Shown here: piece by piece, positions 43,605 to 64,000 of the stretch
Position numbering within the stretch: the first letter of the stretch is position 1
How the letters are laid out: each line of letters opens with the position of its first letter
From: Amoebidium appalachense
Lineage: Eukaryota; Protista; Ichthyosporea
Length of the DNA: 64,000 nucleotides
Direction: 5' to 3'
Assembly: GCA_963693365.1 (NCBI GenBank)
Contig: CAVNZM010000013.1
Span: forward strand, 4,569,814 to 4,633,813
The notes under the pieces: model-generated
The model's database searches: none
What the model was told of the DNA's origin: nothing
What the model saw: only the letters and a program-made list of their open reading frames with translations
Position numbers and translations under genes: made by a program

Positions 43605-43949
43605 CTGACTATATAATCATCACCGGACATCTATGTGCCTGATCATGGCATTTCGCCGAGGGGATATCCCAAGCAAAAACCCCTCGTATATACCTGAGAC
43701 TGGCCTCTCTGTGCCATAATTAAACAGCGTGAACCCCCAATGAAGCCTTTTCTTTCTTTCTTTTGTGTTTTGGGGTTTCAACCACCTACGTGACAGTGTT
43801 CTCTAAAACAGAGATATTGTAGGGGTTTACGCTGTTTACTCGAGGCAAAGAGAGACCAGTCTCAGGTATGGCAGGTTTTTGCTCGGAATATCCCCTCGGC
43901 AGTATGTCATGATCACGTACATAGATGTCGGGTGATGACTATATATCAG
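43605..43949. mobile_element. Foldback/MITE-like long imperfect inverted repeat
   Basis: Arms ~43605-43737 and ~43822-43949 are reverse complements (gacatctatgt/acatagatgtc, atacctgagactgg/ccagtctcaggtat, taaacagcgt/acgctgttta). Confidence 0.75.
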
Positions 43950-44074
43950 GTTCGCCGTTTTTTTTTTTTTTTTTTTTTTTTTTTTTCTTTTGGGGGGGGG
44001 GGGGGGGGGGGGAAGAGGGGGGGGGGGGGGAGAGGGAGGGGGGGGGGTCCCCTGGGACACTCGGTATCAGCTGG

Positions 44075-44143
<69 letters not shown>

Positions 44144-44506
44144 CGCTAGAATTTTGTAATGATGTGTTCTCAAGCCAATCAATACATCTAATAAACAGGT
44201 CGTATTTACGCGTGTTTAGTATAAAATCAAGGATGTTGTAATTTACAGGTAGGCTATCTTTCTGGGTGTCTGTTGTGAATGTGGCGTGTGTGTTTTGCGG
44301 TATTATGTGGTCTATCAAACTACATTTGGCGATACATGACCGTTTAAACTGGTGTGTGTGTGTGTTGTTTGGGCATGCAAACGATGCCACCTTATACTTA
44401 TTAGATCTCCACTGTATAGCACGTGTACAGTAAAAGCGTGGTAATTGATCAATAATACCATCAGCTAGAGAAAGACCAGTTCTACAGGAAGGTAATATGT
44501 ATTTAG

Positions 44507-46800
<2,294 letters not shown>

Positions 46801-46894
46801 GTGCCCTCACGACAACCCAGCAACCTTCAACACACCAATTTGGAGAAACAGTAATCCCTCCCCGCCTTCCTTCCTCCCCTCCCCCACGCGCGCG

Positions 46895-46959
<65 letters not shown>

Positions 46960-47806
46960 CGGAGAGAGAGAGAGGGGGGGGGGGGGGGGGGGGGGGGAGG
47001 AGGGAGACGCACATGGAGATACACACACACACACACACAGACATGTACACGCTCACGCGCGCACAGGCACGCTCACAGGGGCACAAACGCGTGTCCCCAC
47101 ACACACACATTCCCACCTGCATATACACACTTGCAAATACATACACACACACACATACAGTGCGTGTGTTTGTGTGTATTTTCAGTTGCTTGTGTGTTGA
47201 CATACTTGTGCACGACCGGGTGTGTGGGGTGATTGTCGAGTCACACTCTCCAACCCTCTTTTCAACTTTCTACATGTGAGAAATATGAATTTAAACTTTT
47301 TTATTAAATGGTTATAAATGCTGCCGACACAATACACATCACGCATACACCTTTTCCAACCTTCCCGAGGCACCTCCATACTATCCACCTGTCAACGGTT
47401 CCTTATCCCCTTTCCTCTGTAATTTGTAATCTCTATGCCTACATCATGTCATCTGGTGCTGCCTTATCCCTCTTTGTTATCACACCTCGTTTTCATCTAT
47501 ATATCTCCTGGGAGGAGCCGACCCTGAGTTCCAAACTGAGGCCAAGGTGGTTTTTTTTTTGGTTTTTTTTTTTTGGGGGGGGGGGGGGGAGGGGGGGGGG
47601 GGGGGGGGGGATGTATTAATTAGGCAGTTTGTGAATGTTGCCCCCCCCCCCCCCCCCCCCCCCCGCCTGTTCTTTATATCTCTCCCCTCTTTCATGTCTT
47701 AATTCCCAATCACACATTCCACCGCCACACAGGCTACCCAACACCACCGCTTCAACACAACTGTTCTGAGATGCTGTTCTGATTATTTAAGCCCCTCTAT
47801 CCCCAT

Positions 47807-47854
<48 letters not shown>

Positions 47855-48279
47855 GCGCGCACACACACACACCTCCGAACAAGGCCATCCCATACTTCTT
47901 CCCTTCAACCCCCTTACTTAGAATTCGTCCTCTTTCATTTCATATATACCTCTCTCTTTTCCTGCAGCTCACACCACAGAGGGAATACCTGACTGCAACA
48001 CAGTGTGAGTGTGACTGATTAATGAGAAAGCACATACGCCTAAATTTGGAGATTCGCCTTAATTTGGAAATTACGCCTAAATCTGGAGCTTTGGGGGTAT
48101 GCGAGGGACCACCGCTGGTGGAAGGTTATGTGTGGAATGATAACTGCGTCAATGTAGGGAAGGTGCACGTGTGTGTGTTTCCGTGTCCGTGTCTGTGTCT
48201 GTCTCTGTGTGTGTGTGTGTCTGATTATACCTGTGTTCGTGTCTGTGTCCGTGTCTTTGTCGTGCCTGTGTCTGATTAT

Positions 48280-48440
<161 letters not shown>

Positions 48441-49486
48441 ATAACAACAAAAGCAAGTATATTAAGTTATACATGTGGTAGCTACTCTACACCTTAATTC
48501 CCTTAAACTTAATCGTGGATTTTTTTCTGACTTTTTTCCTAATGCAATATGGGGGCTTTTGAAAAAGTAATCGTTTATGGAAATATCCTAGAGTACTATA
48601 AAATCGAAATGATTCACTCTGATACATGTTGCCACACCGTAGCAATCGTTGTAATCGAATTAATTTAATAGTATACTGTGTTTTGTGTTAGCAGGTGTGT
48701 TATTTTAAAAGGGTGATGGGAGGGGTGTTGAGGGGGGGCTGGGAGGAGGGGGAGGAGGGGGAAAGAAGAAAGGCGATGGGGGGAGGGGACGAGTATGTGC
48801 ATGGGGAAGTGGCGGGGGGAGGGGGGGAGGGGGGAGGGGGAGGGAGGGGGGGGGGGGGGATACTTCTGAAATAGCTAGCTTCTCTGCTTCCTCATTACAT
48901 ATTTATCGTATATGTATTCACACTCTCCTATCAACTCTATGAATGTATTTTATTACCGAGAGACTTGTACAGGCGGCTAAAATGCGTAAGCATATGTAAT
49001 AATCTATTTCCGGGAGTGTGTTGATACCTATGAAGATTCTACCAGTGTGCAATGGAAGTGCATATACTGTATGTGAGACTCGGAATCGAACGAAAACTTT
49101 GAAAAACACAGACACTGAAATAATACACTTTGAATGTTTGCCGTTTTCATGTTTTCCGGAAATATTTAAACAACACGCTGCAGTAAAATCATAGTACTTC
49201 CGAGTGTTTTGAAGGAGCGATGGCACCTGACAAACACTCCTTTCTTGTCCAATGATTGAAAAGTGTTAATCTAAATTAAGCATTCAGGTCTTGTATTTGC
49301 TTGACAACCCTGCCTACGGATGTAAAGGATTGACATCCAGGACATACACCACCACAGATCCCCAAATATCGTTTTTCCATCATTTCGCCCCGAGACTATC
49401 TCGTCCCCCCCCCCCCCCCCCCCACCCACCCCACTTCTCCGCCTCTCCCAACCCCCCAACCCTCCGAGCGCGGGCACCTCCCCCCC

Positions 49487-49535
<49 letters not shown>

Positions 49536-49790
49536 ACACGCGCACGACCACCACCACCTTCCCACAGGTGTGAATAATTATTTACCCCCCCCACACCCCA
49601 CACCCCCCTCCCCCCTCCCCCCCCTCACAAAAAAAAAAAAAAAATCTTGGTAGGGCCACGGTTCCCAAAGGTGTCATTATTTCAACGTTAATCTTGCCCG
49701 TGTGTATTTTTGGTATCATTCGACAATCCCGGTGTACTGCGTCGGTGCCTTTTTATCCCTTGTAGCTTATTAGTTCCATACATACTAAAC

Positions 49791-49874
<84 letters not shown>

Positions 49875-50179
49875 ATGTGTGTGTCTGTGTGTGTGTGTGT
49901 GTGTGTGTCTGTGTGTGTGTGTGTGTGTACGGGTGCGTGTGCCCTGGAACGTGTGTGCGCGTGGGCAATGTGAACATCTGACTTTGGCTAGCATGATAAG
50001 AATCAACAAATCGACAAAAGATCACTCAACGTTCCATCCGAAAATACAACATACAATCTCAGCCCATACGTTTCGTGCAAAGAGCACACTAATGCACCTA
50101 CATGTTTTTCGTCTTTCACCCAACAAAGAAGGGCAGGGGCAAAAAAAAAGAAAAAAAATAAAAAATAAAAAATCCTTTT

Positions 50180-63525
<13,346 letters not shown>

Positions 63526-63951
63526 CTGCCATTTTTGGAAGGTCAGTGACCGTGCACGTGGAAGGGGTCAGCTTCATACAGGAGGGAGAGTTGGTTGGTG
63601 AAAGCGGGAGGGGGGGGGGGGAGGGCGAAGGGGTTGGGTGGATGGGAGGAGGAGGAGAGGGGGGGGGTGGAGGGGGGGGGGGGGGGGGGAGGGGGAGGGG
63701 AGGGGGGGGGGGAAAGAGGGATAGCAACAAAGAGGGAAGAGAGGAGAAACGCAAAAAAAAGTGGCGAGTGTTCTACAAGGCCAAGGGGAAATACATATTT
63801 GGGGCTCGGCGCCAGGAGCAAAAGCGGGGCGGGGGGGAAGGGGGGGGGGAATGCTCGGATAGATAGGTTAGAAAAACGTTTTCTTTTTTTTTTTTGGGTT
63901 GAACGGGTAATGGGGCAATGGCAAGGCATATGCGGAAGGAACGGGTGGGAA

Positions 63952-63983
<32 letters not shown>

Positions 63984-64000
63984 GGGACGGGGAGAGGGGG

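Overview
Intron-rich eukaryotic genomic DNA (protist-like; host not identifiable from this window), dense with poly-C/poly-G, (CA)n and (CT)n tracts. Most listed six-frame ORFs are repeat artefacts. By reading splice sites and phases I reconstruct three host genes: a secreted phospholipase A2 (-), a TRMT2A-like tRNA m5U54 methyltransferase (+) and the 3' part of a copine (-). There is also a disrupted multi-TM gene. Mobile DNA comprises an APE-like LINE fragment at the left edge, a young non-autonomous LTR element (tRNA-Arg PBS, 5-bp TSD), an intact Penelope-like retroelement with N-terminal GIY-YIG, CxC and RT (Chlamys/Naiad type) in a poly-C tract of a TRMT2A intron, a decayed split-direct-repeat tyrosine-recombinase retrotransposon, MITE-like foldbacks and many short PLE-derived insertions. 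The main hunt result is a ~155-nt structured RNA in the PLE pseudo-LTR and its non-autonomous relatives. It has all hammerhead core pieces (NUH, GAAA, CUGANGA) and covarying stems I, II and III, but in a non-canonical, pseudoknotted order. This makes it a candidate new self-cleaving ribozyme architecture in a PLE clade reported to lack canonical hammerheads. All alignments and folds were done by eye and are untested.
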